In this document: positions 42,135 to 52,896 of the stretch, in pieces
How the letters are laid out: the number at the start of each line of letters is the position of its first letter
Position numbering within the stretch: position 1 is the first letter of the stretch
NCBI GenBank assembly: GCA_963707985.1
Contig: CAVPRW010000046.1
Location: forward strand, 96,001 to 160,000
Origin: an uncultured Nitrospinota bacterium
GTDB lineage: Bacteria > Tectomicrobia > Entotheonellia > J063 > CAVPRW01
Direction of reading: 5' to 3'
DNA length: 64,000 bases
The notes under the pieces: model-generated
Database searches by the model: none
Told to the model about the DNA's origin: nothing
Seen by the model: only the letters and a program-made list of their open reading frames with translations
Translations under genes and position numbers: made by a program

Positions 42135-43070
42135 TTAACGCCGAGTTGGCGCGTACTTGCCTTCCAGTTGTGGGGTTGTTCCCTCCAGCCCTTTCTCCTG
42201 GCGATCCAGCCGCGTCTCTCTGCCCCAGGTGCGCTTCAGGTCGTCTTGCACATGGAAGCGCAGCCGGCCTAGCCCCTCGGTCTCGATCTCGATCAGATCG
42301 CCATTTTGGAAGGCGCTCAGGCCGCGGTGATTCGTCCCCGTAGCGACGATATCACCCGGCTCCAGGGCGTGAATCGACGTGATCCACTCGAGACACCGCG
42401 GAATCTTATGAGCCATGTCACTGGTGTTGTAGTTCTGCTTCAGCTCCCCATTGACCCACAGCCGTACCTGCAGCTTGTTCGGGTCGGGGATCTCATCGGC
42501 GGTGACCAGGAAGGGACCGATCGGGGCAAAGGTGTCTCGCGACTTCATCTGGTAGAACGTATTGCCTGCCGGGGGCAAGCCACGAGCGGAGCCATCGATG
42601 AAATTCAGGTATCCGAAGATGTAGCTCATGGCCTCTGCGGGGCTAACGTTGGAGGCACGCTTGCCAATTACCAACGCCATTTCCGCCTCGCCCTCGAAAA
42701 TCGTGGCGGGGACATCCGGCAGCACCATGGTGTCGCCATCGCCAATGATGCTACTGGGGGACTTGTGGAAGGCGTTGATGGGAGCCGGCTCGGAGCGCGT
42801 CCCGTCTTCCATATAATTCACCGCCATACACTCGATATTCGTGGGCTTTGGCAGGGGTGGCCTGATCCGCACCTGACTGACAGGTACTCCACTCCCCTGA
42901 TTAACGGCTGCCTCCAAACGCCCCTTGTAGTCGGCCCAACGCTCGATCAACCCGCTCATGAGGTTGCCCGGCCCGGTGTGCGGAATGTCGCGCACCACAT
43001 TCGACACGTCGACCACTGCATCTCCCTTCAATACACCCAACTTGAAGTCGTCGAAAAAGAGTAGTTTCAT
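42135..43070 (-). CDS. Fumarylacetoacetate hydrolase family protein
   Basis: FEGEAE, DGSAR, KSRDTFAPIGP and PGDIVATGT. Confidence 0.92.
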   Translation of the reverse strand: MKLLFFDDFKLGVLKGDAVVDVSNVVRDIPHTGPGNLMSGLIERWADYKGRLEAAVNQGSGVPVSQVRIRPPLPKPTNIECMAVNYMEDGTRSEPAPINAFHKSPSSIIGDGDTMVLPDVPATIFEGEAEMALVIGKRASNVSPAEAMSYIFGYLNFIDGSARGLPPAGNTFYQMKSRDTFAPIGPFLVTADEIPDPNKLQVRLWVNGELKQNYNTSDMAHKIPRCLEWITSIHALEPGDIVATGTNHRGLSAFQNGDLIEIETEGLGRLRFHVQDDLKRTWGRETRLDRQEKGLEGTTPQLEGKYAPTRR

Positions 43071-44501
43071 GGCTCACCTCCTGTTGGTGTCATCGGTCTC
43101 GTGGATAGGGCGATTATACTCGGATAAATTTTCCACGTCTATGACTTACGTCCATATGTCCCAAACAATGCCCGCGACGCACACGGGGGCTTGCTTAGCC
43201 TACTGGGATGTCACTGCAACCACGAGGGGGATACCTAGAGAGCCAGGATACCTCTGCCCGTCACTGCTGTCCGTCGAGGAGTTTGCGCGTGACGATCACC
43301 TGCCCCATGTGCTGAGAGAGGTGAGAAACCGTCTAGACGAGGAGTTTGAGCACAAAGGTGTCACCACCGCCACCAGGGGGTGAAACCCGGTGCTCCATTG
43401 GCGAGTATCCGACCGAAGAGCAGGCCCACTGGCAAATGATTGAAGGCCTAGACACCTGCTTTCGCCCGCGCTGTCACTTGGCCAAGTCGGCTGACGTCTT
43501 CAGTGCTGACATACAACACCATGGTACAGGAGATTTGGGTCATACTGGTGCTGCATGTCAGCGCACCGCCCATTGCGGGACTTCTGCTTGACAACCGCGG
43601 TTGAATTCGCAATATTCACCAGCCATAGACCCTTCCGAGGATTGACCATGGAGGTCTGGGCAGAGGGGCGTCTCTGACGCTATGCGAAGGCCGATGCTCG
43701 GAGCGGAATGCTCGGCTGTGCAGGGGTGTCGTGGTCCCTACAGCTGGTTTGGGTACGAATGGATGTGTGACCCGTACACCCCCCAAAATGAGTAACTATC
43801 AGCCTGAGTCCTGTAGGCAGTCAGGGGTGGCTGTCATGGTGGACGTGGGTTTGCGGTCTTTCACCTGAGGCTGGGAGCCCTGTTGCAACGGTTATTGCGA
43901 CCGAGAGCGCGATCAATCAATCGACCTCATTAATGTTGACCTCCGCGTTGCACCGAAAGCACGCAAGCCATATGGCTTGGCGCTGGTGGACGTATATGAT
44001 GTGCAGCGCTGCCATGTCGTCGTCCCTCGTCGGGAAGCGGTGGACCTGCGCTTATGGCGCCTGGACGATGGACAGAGTGGCTACCTGTGCTCGCCGTATC
44101 AGCCTCGCGCCTGACCGCCTCACCTCGATTATCCCCATTGCACGGCCTATCAGCCTTCCTATCACTCCCCAGTGGCAGCCCTGTTCCCAAACACGGTTGC
44201 GCAACGCACAAGAGCGCTGTCGCTAATGGGTACATCCCCCACCCTGATATTGTGAGAAGGTGGCTGCTCTCGGAAAGGAGGTCTGTATGGAGAAGGTCGC
44301 ACGACGCCTGGCAACGGTGGAACACCGCCTGGATCGTGTTGAAGCCATGCTGCATCTTAACGGGCAATTGGAGCATCGGACCGCACACGCTGTATCATGG
44401 TTGCCGTCGTGGCAGGCCTACACACGCTCTGCCGCGGCGCTGACGGGGTCATATTCCCTCTCGTGGGGGTCTCGGCTGCCTGTGCCGATGCCTACCATCG
44501 G

Positions 44502-44969
44502 TCAGCGCTCGGTGATGTCGACGCTCCACTCGATCCGGATGCCATGTTTGACCGATTGCGACACCGGGCAGCGTGACTCGTGCCAGGCGAGGGCGCGGTC
44601 GGCTGCCGCACGTGTCCCCTTGGGGATGGTCAGGGAGTACCGGAGACGCACGGTGGTGAGCTGGAGGACTTGATGCTCCCCCGGGGCAATATCCCCCTCG
44701 ACCACCGTCTCTAATGTGCCGCCATGAGCCGCAATCCGACGTGCTTCCAGCGCCTCTGCAAGGGTGCCGGTGAGGCACGAGGCGATGGCCACCACGAGGT
44801 AATCCAGTGGGCTCGGTAGGTCCTCTGTAACTGGTGCTTTGTACCAGGTCTTGAGGTCGCCATGGCACCCGCTAGGGATGGGGTGGGGAAAGGGGTCGAC
44901 GTAAGCCTGTTTGATGCCGGCCTCCTCGGGAATGATACGGACGTGCGAGCGATACACGGGATTACTCAT
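44502..44969 (-). CDS. OsmC-family protein
   Basis: GGAGG RBS; SPLDYLVVAIASC...CPVSQSV. Confidence 0.8.
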   Translation of the reverse strand: MSNPVYRSHVRIIPEEAGIKQAYVDPFPHPIPSGCHGDLKTWYKAPVTEDLPSPLDYLVVAIASCLTGTLAEALEARRIAAHGGTLETVVEGDIAPGEHQVLQLTTVRLRYSLTIPKGTRAAADRALAWHESRCPVSQSVKHGIRIEWSVDITER

Positions 44970-45034
44970 GCGTATCCTCCTTGTCATGGCCCTGGCGTTA
45001 GGGACAACATTTCGATGGTCGGGTGAGATTCATC

Positions 45035-45457
45035 ATGCCGCAACGACGCAAGATACCGCAACGACCCAAGATACCGCAGCGCCGCAAGTATATGCTCTGG
45101 GCTATGATGACACTGGGAGTCATTGTAGCTGCCAGCGGTTACTTCCTGCTGGGCGCATCGAGCACGCCCGGTGGCCTTGAGGCGTTCGCTCAGTGTTTGC
45201 GCCAGAAGCATGCCCTATTCTACGGTGCCTTCTGGTGTCCGCACTGTCAAGAGCAAAAGGCCCTGTTTGGCACATCGCAGCGGTCGCTACCCTATGTCGA
45301 ATGCTCAACGCCGGATGGTCGGAGCGAGATGTCGATCTGTCGGAGCAAAGGTATTCGAGAGTACCCCACCTGGGAATTTGCGGATGGAAGTCGGGAGACA
45401 CAAGTACTCTCCCTGAGCCGCCTCGCAGAAAAAACGGGCTGTCCCCTGCCCGAGTGA
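45035..45457 (+). CDS. Membrane-anchored thioredoxin-like protein (VKOR-partner type)
   Basis: FYGAFWCPHC, YVEC and YPTW; N-terminal 18-bp tandem repeat (PQRRKI/PQRPKI/PQRRKY). Confidence 0.8.
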   Translation: MPQRRKIPQRPKIPQRRKYMLWAMMTLGVIVAASGYFLLGASSTPGGLEAFAQCLRQKHALFYGAFWCPHCQEQKALFGTSQRSLPYVECSTPDGRSEMSICRSKGIREYPTWEFADGSRETQVLSLSRLAEKTGCPLPE

Positions 45458-45475
45458 GCGTGAAGAAGGGCGCAT

Positions 45476-46027
45476 ATGGACAACACCATCCTGGCGCTGC
45501 TCACCATCGCCGCGCAAGTCGGTCTTTGCGCCCTGCTGATCGGCGTGGTAGTCGATCGACAAGGGCCGTTCATACGTGCGGTGGCCGGCCATAGTATGGC
45601 CCTGGCGTGGCTCATCGCCCTGGCCGCCATGGGGTTGAGTTTGTTCTACTCCGAAATTAAGGGGTTCGAGCCCTGCATGTTGTGTTGGGTGCAACGTATA
45701 TTTCTCTACCCCCAGGTCATCATCCTGGGGTTGGCACTCTGGAAACGCGATGATCAGGTCAGTGACTACAGCCTCGGGCTTTCCCTTCCGGGCGCACTGG
45801 TGGCTGCCTACCACTATTACGGACAAATGCTGCAGAGCTCGGCACTGGTCTGCCGCTCGGGAGAAACGATCTCACCTTGCGCGCAGCGGTTCGTGTTTGA
45901 ATTCGGCTACGTCACGATTCCCATGATGGCCTTAACCGCATTTCTGGCGCTCACAGTCCTCATGTTGATGCACAAGCGAATCGGTTCGCCAAAGGCGAGA
46001 GATGGCACAGAGGGCCGACGGGGGTAG
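45476..46027 (+). CDS. DsbB/BdbC disulfide-bond formation protein
   Basis: PCMLCWVQRIFLYP, second Cys pair and GYVTIP. Confidence 0.88.
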   Translation: MDNTILALLTIAAQVGLCALLIGVVVDRQGPFIRAVAGHSMALAWLIALAAMGLSLFYSEIKGFEPCMLCWVQRIFLYPQVIILGLALWKRDDQVSDYSLGLSLPGALVAAYHYYGQMLQSSALVCRSGETISPCAQRFVFEFGYVTIPMMALTAFLALTVLMLMHKRIGSPKARDGTEGRRG

Positions 46028-46359
46028 GGGAGGTGCAGTTGAGGCCTAGCCCGGTTCCGCCCGACTCAGGGCAGAAGGGCGGACGGAAATGAGCCAGTCA
46101 GATATGGGCGCGGGCGCAGTGTCCCACCGCGTGCGGGTGTCACTATTTTTTCTCGGGACTGCAAGGCATCGTCAAGCGGCGGTGGGTAAAGTTCCTCAAC
46201 CAGGCCTCATCGGGTGGTTTCGCGTACGCTCGATGGCATCACCATTTGGGTCCATTGCAATTGATAGTCTGGTGGACCTCCTCGTCCAGATCGCTCTGAT
46301 CGTTCATCGCATCTCGGTGCGGGGAGAGAAAAAAGTGGTCGATGAGTTGTTGGGTGATC

Positions 46360-46615
46360 TCCAGAAGGTGCGTATGTGGTACTCTTTGATTCCGAGCGAC
46401 TTCCCACAGTGGTCACACTGGGCATGGGCCGCGACAAAGGCAGCGGTTTGCGGTTCCACGAGGTATTGCTGCAGCGCAGCGCGGGTCTGCTTTGCTTCAA
46501 GGAGCGTCAGGCCGAGATGCTCGATAGGCCGGCAAGCCTTTTAGAGGACTGCCACATCGGTGAAGGTTGCTACGTGGTCATTGTCATCGCACACCACAAG
46601 TTGGACTCTGATCTT
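46360..46615 (-). mobile_element. ISKra4-family transposase remnant
   Basis: KIRVQLVV...VL*K...IEHLGLTLLEAK...CDHCG...RTF. Confidence 0.65.
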
Positions 46616-46938
46616 CGAGGGAGCCGTCCTCCAGTCTGGGTGACACCCGCGAGGTGGCTCATTCTCCTCCAGACGGAGGGATAACCCCCAGGTTTTTGAT
46701 GCTCTCAGTGCCCAGTAGCGTGGAGAGAAAAGTGCGTTTATAATGCCTCCGTCGCCGTCGCCGTCGCCGTCGGTGCGGCGGGCGTCGGACGTGTTTGTCG
46801 CCATCCGAAGGGCGTGGGAGCACGCCCTCCCCTCACCTCTCCCGGAGGGAGAGGCACAAGTCCTTCTCAGGTGGGCGACGTGGTGCCGAAGGTCTGCCTG
46901 AGCATGTACCGCATGAGGCCAGAAGAAGGAGCGAGACG

Positions 46939-47490
46939 ATGCCACGATTGCCGATTCCGTCCGATACAGAGGGGTTTTCCGAGGAGACGCGCGCCGCCGT
47001 GCGCCACATCCTCAAGACGCGCCACAGTATGCCCCCGCCGAGCAGCTACCTCACCTACGCCGGGCAGGCCGGGGCGCTGCTCTCCGACCTCGTCGACCAC
47101 CTGCGCTACCACACGTCGCTGACCGCGGCGGAGACGGAGCTGGCGATCTGCACCTCGGCGCGGGCGTCCAACGCCGACTACATCTGGCACGGGCACGTCC
47201 GGCTGGGCCTGCAGGCCGGCACGCGCGAGGAGGCCCTCCACGCCGTCGACACGCACGGGCCGCTGGACGGCCTGACGGCGGACGAGGCGCTCATCATTCG
47301 CTTCGGGCGTGAGCTGCTGGAGTCACCTCAGGTCAGCGACGACACGTTCAACGCCGTGCGGGCGCGGTACGGCGAGAAGGGCCTGCTGGAGCTCACGGCC
47401 GTGATGAGCGTGTACACGATGAACGCGAACATCCTGCGGGTGATGGACCACCAGGCGGCGGCGGACGCGCGGCATTTGACGCCGCGGTAG
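46939..47490 (+). CDS. Carboxymuconolactone decarboxylase/AhpD-like protein
   Basis: ELAICTSAR...YIWHGH...VSDDTF...LLELT. Confidence 0.82.
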   Translation: MPRLPIPSDTEGFSEETRAAVRHILKTRHSMPPPSSYLTYAGQAGALLSDLVDHLRYHTSLTAAETELAICTSARASNADYIWHGHVRLGLQAGTREEALHAVDTHGPLDGLTADEALIIRFGRELLESPQVSDDTFNAVRARYGEKGLLELTAVMSVYTMNANILRVMDHQAAADARHLTPR

Positions 47491-47939
47491 GGCCCAAGAC
47501 GCCCAATTGGTCCAGGACGAGACGACGGAAGTCCTCGCCGCGCCTTGCACGCGGCGCTGTTGGAGGCATCACGCCTCTCCCAGAGGGCGAGGAACCACGA
47601 GAGGTCCCGGCCAAAAGGCAGGGTCGCGTGGTTGCCCTCGTCGCGTGTCGGCTCGATGATCGGCTCAGGCGTTGAGCCGGCGGTGGTCAGGCCGCGCGTG
47701 GCTCCGGCCAGCAGGCTTTCCTGACGATTTGGAGAAATGTTGTACGTCAGGCTGCCTCTCCTTGGTTGAGCGCTAATTTGTGAGGACGATCAGAAAACGT
47801 AGGTGTAGTGAGGATTCGTGGAGTGCGTTTGATTCTGGAGGGGCACGCCACCAATCATTGAGGGAAGGCACGGAACCAATCGAGCAGGTGCTCGGCGTGG
47901 GGATTCAGATAGAGCTGGAGATCACGTACGGTGGTCCCG

Positions 47940-48230
47940 CCACCGCATGGGCAGGTTGGCAGGATGCCGTGGCCTTTGCCCAGCCACGGACGATGATAGC
48001 ACGGCAGCGCACACGTTTCCATGATCACTGGGCCCGATTAAGCTGGGGGAGGCAGCCAGGCCGTCCGGCCATCGCCGCCGAGTTGCGCGCGCGTGGACAA
48101 CTCATTGAAGATGTTGATCTGTTGATTGCCGCGATGGCTCTGATCCATGATATGACCCTGGTCGCCCACAATACGCCACACTTCATTCGGATTTCAAGCT
48201 TGCAGGTTGACACTGGCTCATGTCCTAACT
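47940..48230 (+). pseudogene. Fused remnants of an IS integrase N-region and a PIN/VapC C-terminus
   Basis: WQDAVAFAQPRT..GRP runs into LRARGQLIEDVDLLIAAMAL..LVAHN..HF. Confidence 0.55.
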
Positions 48231-48392
48231 CGCCGATGCTTCCTAGCCATTTGCAAGGCAGCTCATAGGGGGAAGGGCAAGTTTTTTCACCGGCATATAA
48301 TTTCGGCCCCCCCTCTCCAACGCGATGGAGAGGGGGGGTGAGGCCTCAAGCCCGCCTGTACAGCGTCACATCCCGGCGCTTCACCGCCCGTC

Positions 48393-49150
48393 TCAGCGGG
48401 CGGCGGTCACGGGTCGATGCGCCCGGAGGAAGTCGCGCACATGGCGCACCGCTTGCGGAATCAGGTCCTTGGGATCCTTCCAAGGGTAGATGCTCACGTC
48501 GGCCTTCGGCGCGAGACGCACGGTTTCCATAGCCACAGCGTACGGGTGCGCCGGGACGTCGTCCGGCAGGACCAGTATGGGCGTCTGGCAGGAGCGCACG
48601 AAATCGCGCGTCACGGTGAAAACGAAGTCGGCGTTGGAGCGATACATCTGGTTCAGGAAGGCGTCGACCATCTCCATCGTAATGTCAGGCCGGCGGGCGC
48701 AGAGCGCTGGGCCCCAGCCCTTAATGTTGTTTTGGTAGAAGAGGTCAGGCATCTCCGGACGGAATCCGCTGGGCTGGGCCAGCACGGCCGCGACGATGCG
48801 CTCGGGCGCCCGCTGCAACAGGTTCCAGATGAAGGGACCGCCGATGCAGAAGCCCAGCACCAGGAACTCCCCGATGCCCAGGTGGTCCATCAGGCCGAGG
48901 TGGTCGTCGGCGTATGCGTCCCAGGGCCGGTCGATCTCGAGCGGGCCGGACGACTCGCCGCCATTGGCGTTGCGCAAATCCGCCGCGATCACGCGGTACT
49001 CGCCCTTGAACTCCTCCATCGGATTGAAGGGGTGGTTCGCGAGGCCCGCGACCGTCGAGTTCAGCCCGCCGCCGGGATGATCATCAACGGGAAGCCAGAG
49101 CCGACCTCCTCGTAGTGGATGCGAACGTCTCCTCGTTCATAAAACGGCAT
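48393..49150 (-). pseudogene. Alpha/beta hydrolase, frameshift near 49080
   Basis: MPFYERGDVRIHYEEVGSGFPL | PGGGLNS...GFCIGG (Cys at the nucleophile elbow)...DDVPAHP. Confidence 0.8.
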
Positions 49151-49439
49151 GTCAGTTTCTCCTCACAGGGGTGTGCACGAAGGCCGATGTCCGAGGCGAT
49201 GTCTCAGCGCAAGCATACCACTGCTGTAAGCCAATTGTCCATGGTACGAGCCCTTCGTCTGGTCGTTAGGGCAGCTCGGAGGGCGTTGATGCAGACCTTA
49301 CAGAGCCGGCGACGATTCGGTTCCACAGCGTGGCCAAAGCCGATCGATCCCGACCCGCTGGCGATGGCATTATAGCTCTATCACGCCGAGACCAGCTCGG
49401 TGCACAGGGGGCTCCACCTCTCAATGAACACGTCCGACC

Positions 49440-49700
49440 GCAAGTGGCCCAATTTCCGGCGAATCGTTGCCATACCTCTTTCCCAGTGCCGACCATTTGG
49501 CGTCGTGGGCTGGCGTTGCCCCTGGTAATCATGAAAGCGCTGGCAAGCGGGCATCGGGCAAGACCCGCAAGGACAATCGCACCCTGCGCACGGGCCTGAC
49601 CCAAATCGCCCACGCCGCCGCCCGGACCAAGGGAACCTAGCTGTCCGCCTTGTACCAACGCTTGGCTACCCGTCGAGGGAAGAAACGGGCCATCATGTGT
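49440..49700 (+). mobile_element. IS110-family transposase remnant
   Basis: HESAGKRASGKTRK...AHAAARTKGT*LSALYQRL..RRGKKRAI. Confidence 0.75.
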
Positions 49701-49865
49701 TCTTCTTTGCCGAGAAAAGTTTCTTCTCGGCAATGTCCTCAGGCACCCAGAGTTCTTACTTGAGGCTCCTTATCCGCCAAATAATCTGGAAAAAGCACCG
49801 CTGCTAATTTGGAAAGTTACAACCGGGACACGACCCTCGCGGTCGCTCTTCCGTATGGGCTGTCG

Positions 49866-50339
49866 CTACTTCGCCAATTCCGTTTCCACGATGCCGAAGA
49901 TGGTTGAGTCGAGGAAGAGCTGACCGGTGCGCAGCAACCAACGCTCCAGGTCCCGCTGCGGATCGCTGTAGTATAGATCCTTGCCGGCTCGTAACACGTG
50001 GACCCTTCCCCGCTGAATACGGACAACGCTGGACTCGGTCGCGTTCGCTCTGCGTACGATGAAGCCGCGATATCCAAGATTCGTCGCAAACTCTGCAGGA
50101 GACGCAGCTGGCAAAAGAGCAAGCTTCTCCAGAAAGTGGGCGCTGTCTGCATCGGAGAGCGTCCATGCCGGGTTGGGATTCCCCGAGAAAATATCCAGTT
50201 CTACTTCAATCCTTGGTGCGATGGCTTCGTCTCCCTGGGATGTTGTGGATGTCTGCGGTGTTGGTGAAGACAACAGCAATGAAGGGCCGCATGACCATGC
50301 GATCAGCGCAAAGATCGGGATCAGCCAGGGCGATCGCAT
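49866..50339 (-). CDS. Exported, lipoprotein-like stand-alone copy of the upstream enzyme's N-terminal domain
   Basis: Signal with Cys (LIAWSC); ELDIFSGNPNPAW...LGYRGFIVR. Confidence 0.7.
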   Translation of the reverse strand: MRSPWLIPIFALIAWSCGPSLLLSSPTPQTSTTSQGDEAIAPRIEVELDIFSGNPNPAWTLSDADSAHFLEKLALLPAASPAEFATNLGYRGFIVRRANATESSVVRIQRGRVHVLRAGKDLYYSDPQRDLERWLLRTGQLFLDSTIFGIVETELAK

Positions 50340-50521
50340 CTTAAATTTTCAGTAATAACAATAAGGTACTGCATTGATCTACGACCCAAGTGCTGGTTAT
50401 GAGATCCCCCTCAGGCCACCGATCGACGTAGATTCCGGGGGATCATGATGCGATCCCCCCAGGGTGATCGGCTAAGATCGGGCTGTCCCCCGTACTCTGG
50501 GTGGCATCAAGCAAAAAAGGG

Positions 50522-51510
50522 TTAGGCCACAAATGCGGTGCTGTTGTTTTGATAGAAGTAGCCACAGAAGTCCGTGTAGTTGCCACGGCAGATGTTGTTC
50601 GGGGCATAGCCTTGCCCGTTCTGCTGATAGATGGCGTGTCCGCAATCGTCCGTGTACTGGGCCGGTGTGCCCCCCGGCTTGTGACCCCACCACCAGTTTG
50701 GCCCACCCGTCACCAGCCTGTAGAAGTGGTAGTCCACGTTGGGCCAAATGACCATGACTATGGTCAGTCCATTCGGCTGGCACCCATCCTTCCAGCCGTC
50801 GGCATACAGGCCTGCGGTGCATCCACCGCACGTAATGGACGTCGCCGGATGGCCGCCGCGCTGGCCCGGACGAGCATATCGGATGTCTCTCGGTGATTGC
50901 TCGCAAAGCAGTAGCAGTTGTTGCGGCTCACGTGGGCAGGGTCGGTGAAGAAGGCTGCATTGGCAGAAAAGTAGGTGGAACCGCACGCCCACCAAGTCGC
51001 TCCCAGGGCGCTGACCTCACCGGCGGCTGGTCCTCCGCCGGGAGAATGGGGGTCGTCGCCGGTGATGGTTGGGAAGTCGCCCTCTTCGATGGTGGGGATC
51101 GTAAACGAGCCGGGATCAGCTACAGCCGAAGATTCTACGAGGGCCACGCCGCCGGCAACGACTTCACGGAGTTCGTCTGTGACATGGCTCTACTTGTGTG
51201 GCCTCTCAGAAGTCTGGAGAAGTAACTCAGCGGCGGATGCCCTTGACGTTGTTTTGTGCCCAACACGGAACTCGTCCAGGAGGGGGCTCCCAAGGGACAC
51301 GGCCTTGCTCCAGACCCCTTCGTCCGTCTTGATCGGGCGGACGATGAAGCCTCGATAGCCAAGGCTAAACTGCTCGTCCGCAGCATATGCTGGGGACACC
51401 TGGGAAGGTTCCGCCGTCAGCCTGTCATACAGTTCCCTTTCTTCCCGCTCAGAAAGAATCCACACCGTATTCGGCATGCCGGAGAAAATGTCAAGTTCGA
51501 TTTCGAGCAT
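50522..51510 (-). pseudogene. Papain/transglutaminase-like Cys enzyme with N-terminal domain; frameshifts near 51190 and 50885
   Basis: GGAGG RBS; ELDIFSGMPN...LGYRGFIV; C-domain NNCYCFA...DYHFYR...WGHKPG...YTDFCGYF spread over three frames. Confidence 0.65.
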
Positions 51511-52043
51511 GATTATTGTCCTCCGTGAGTTGTGAGAAACGGCTTCGAGCACCGCGTCGACCACATGGGTGCCTCCGCATGAGGTTTGTCTCTCGCGCAC
51601 TCTGAGGCGGTACGTCCTAGAGAAGCCACATTGGCTTAGATTTCACGAATCCTGTCACAGGGCCTTGGAAAGGGATGACTCTGTTAGTTAGCTCAAAAAC
51701 GCCCCGGAAAGCACTCTGGCATCCGATATGGGAAGGCGAGAGAGACCGTGGCTGTTGTGGGGAGCATTGCACTCCTATGCTAGTGGAAATTCAACGCCCG
51801 ATGTCCCTCCTCTATGTCTACAGGAGGCGGCATGAAAGTGCAGCAATACCTGCATGAAGATTAAGTTGTCAATGCCTCAGAAAGCGCTGATCTCTCCCAC
51901 TATCTCGACCTGAATAGGGATGCCAGCCAACTGGCTGGGAAGTTGCTTTTTCAGCGCCGGCGTGAGCGCCTTGACCATGATCAGGAGCGCCGGTTTCCCT
52001 GCCTTTTCGCCAATGCCAACGCCCGTTACTCCTGGGATCGCCA

Positions 52044-52896
52044 TTAACTGACTGGTGTGGTTGTGGTCCTTCCACTCTTTTGTGCCATCATGTTCACAGC
52101 AGGCGCAACCTCAGGCGCAACGAGGGCTTGGCGCACGCCAGCCGGACGGAGGATGCGTCGATCAACCAGGGTCGGGGACGTCTGCGCAATGGCCGCATCG
52201 ACAAAGTTACATCGCCCACCAAAAACGATAGTGACCCACTGCGTAAGTCTGGCGATAATGTCCTGGGAACAGACGCCGCCATCCAGTCGCCCTGGCTGCG
52301 GGATCCCCATGCCCACCGGCCCATTGTTGACCGTGGCCATCACATGGTTGTTACTCAGGATAAAGAGTTGATTCGCACGTCGGACGAGACACCCCAGTGC
52401 CCAGCATGCACGATGTCACAACGACCAATAGATACCCCCCCAGGCGCCGGACGATAACGTGCCGTGAACATCTGGGCGTGAATTTCACCGGTGACGTCGA
52501 CATCCGTTGCGACCCCCCGACAGAGGAAGGGACCAGGGCCTCTGAGGCGACCTGTGTGGCCCCGAGTTTTTCTTTCACGAACACCTTCACCGCCAGTTGA
52601 CCTATAGGAATGCCATTGACCTCCTTTTCGCCAATCCCTACGCCAACAATATTCCCAAGTCCTGCCGGGCTCTCTTCAGCGGCGTCGAAAGCTCTCTGCC
52701 CAGGGTCAATCAGGAAGCGCTGCTCGAACTCATCCCGTGCCTGCGAGACGGCTCGTAGTTCCTCTTCACGCTCTGTCAGGCTGCCTAAAGCGGCCAAAGA
52801 GACAGCCGCTTCGGCTTGCGGTTCCTGTGTGACATCGAGGTTCTCGAAGCCTTCCTCCAGTCCGCCAGTGACGTCAAATTCCTCGTAGTCTGCCAT
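52044..52896 (-). pseudogene. Trypsin-like (S1, Nal1-type) serine protease, frameshifted and truncated
   Basis: NIVGVGIGEK..VFVKEK, RPAPGGVSIG, ILSNNHV, QPG, VDAAIA and KSGRTT; the catalytic-Ser region is absent. Confidence 0.75.

Noticed and set aside
43100..44450. ORFs and possible IS ends in this intergenic stretch
   Set aside because: Only weak fragments (a short coiled-coil ORF at 44287 and a CCCTGTTGCAA motif) are visible, not enough to call.
46749..46772. (CCGTCG)4 microsatellite
   Set aside because: It is intergenic and short, with no evident link to phase variation.
47780..48268. Intact VapC toxin
   Set aside because: Only the PIN C-terminus is present, fused to an IS fragment, and there is no antitoxin.
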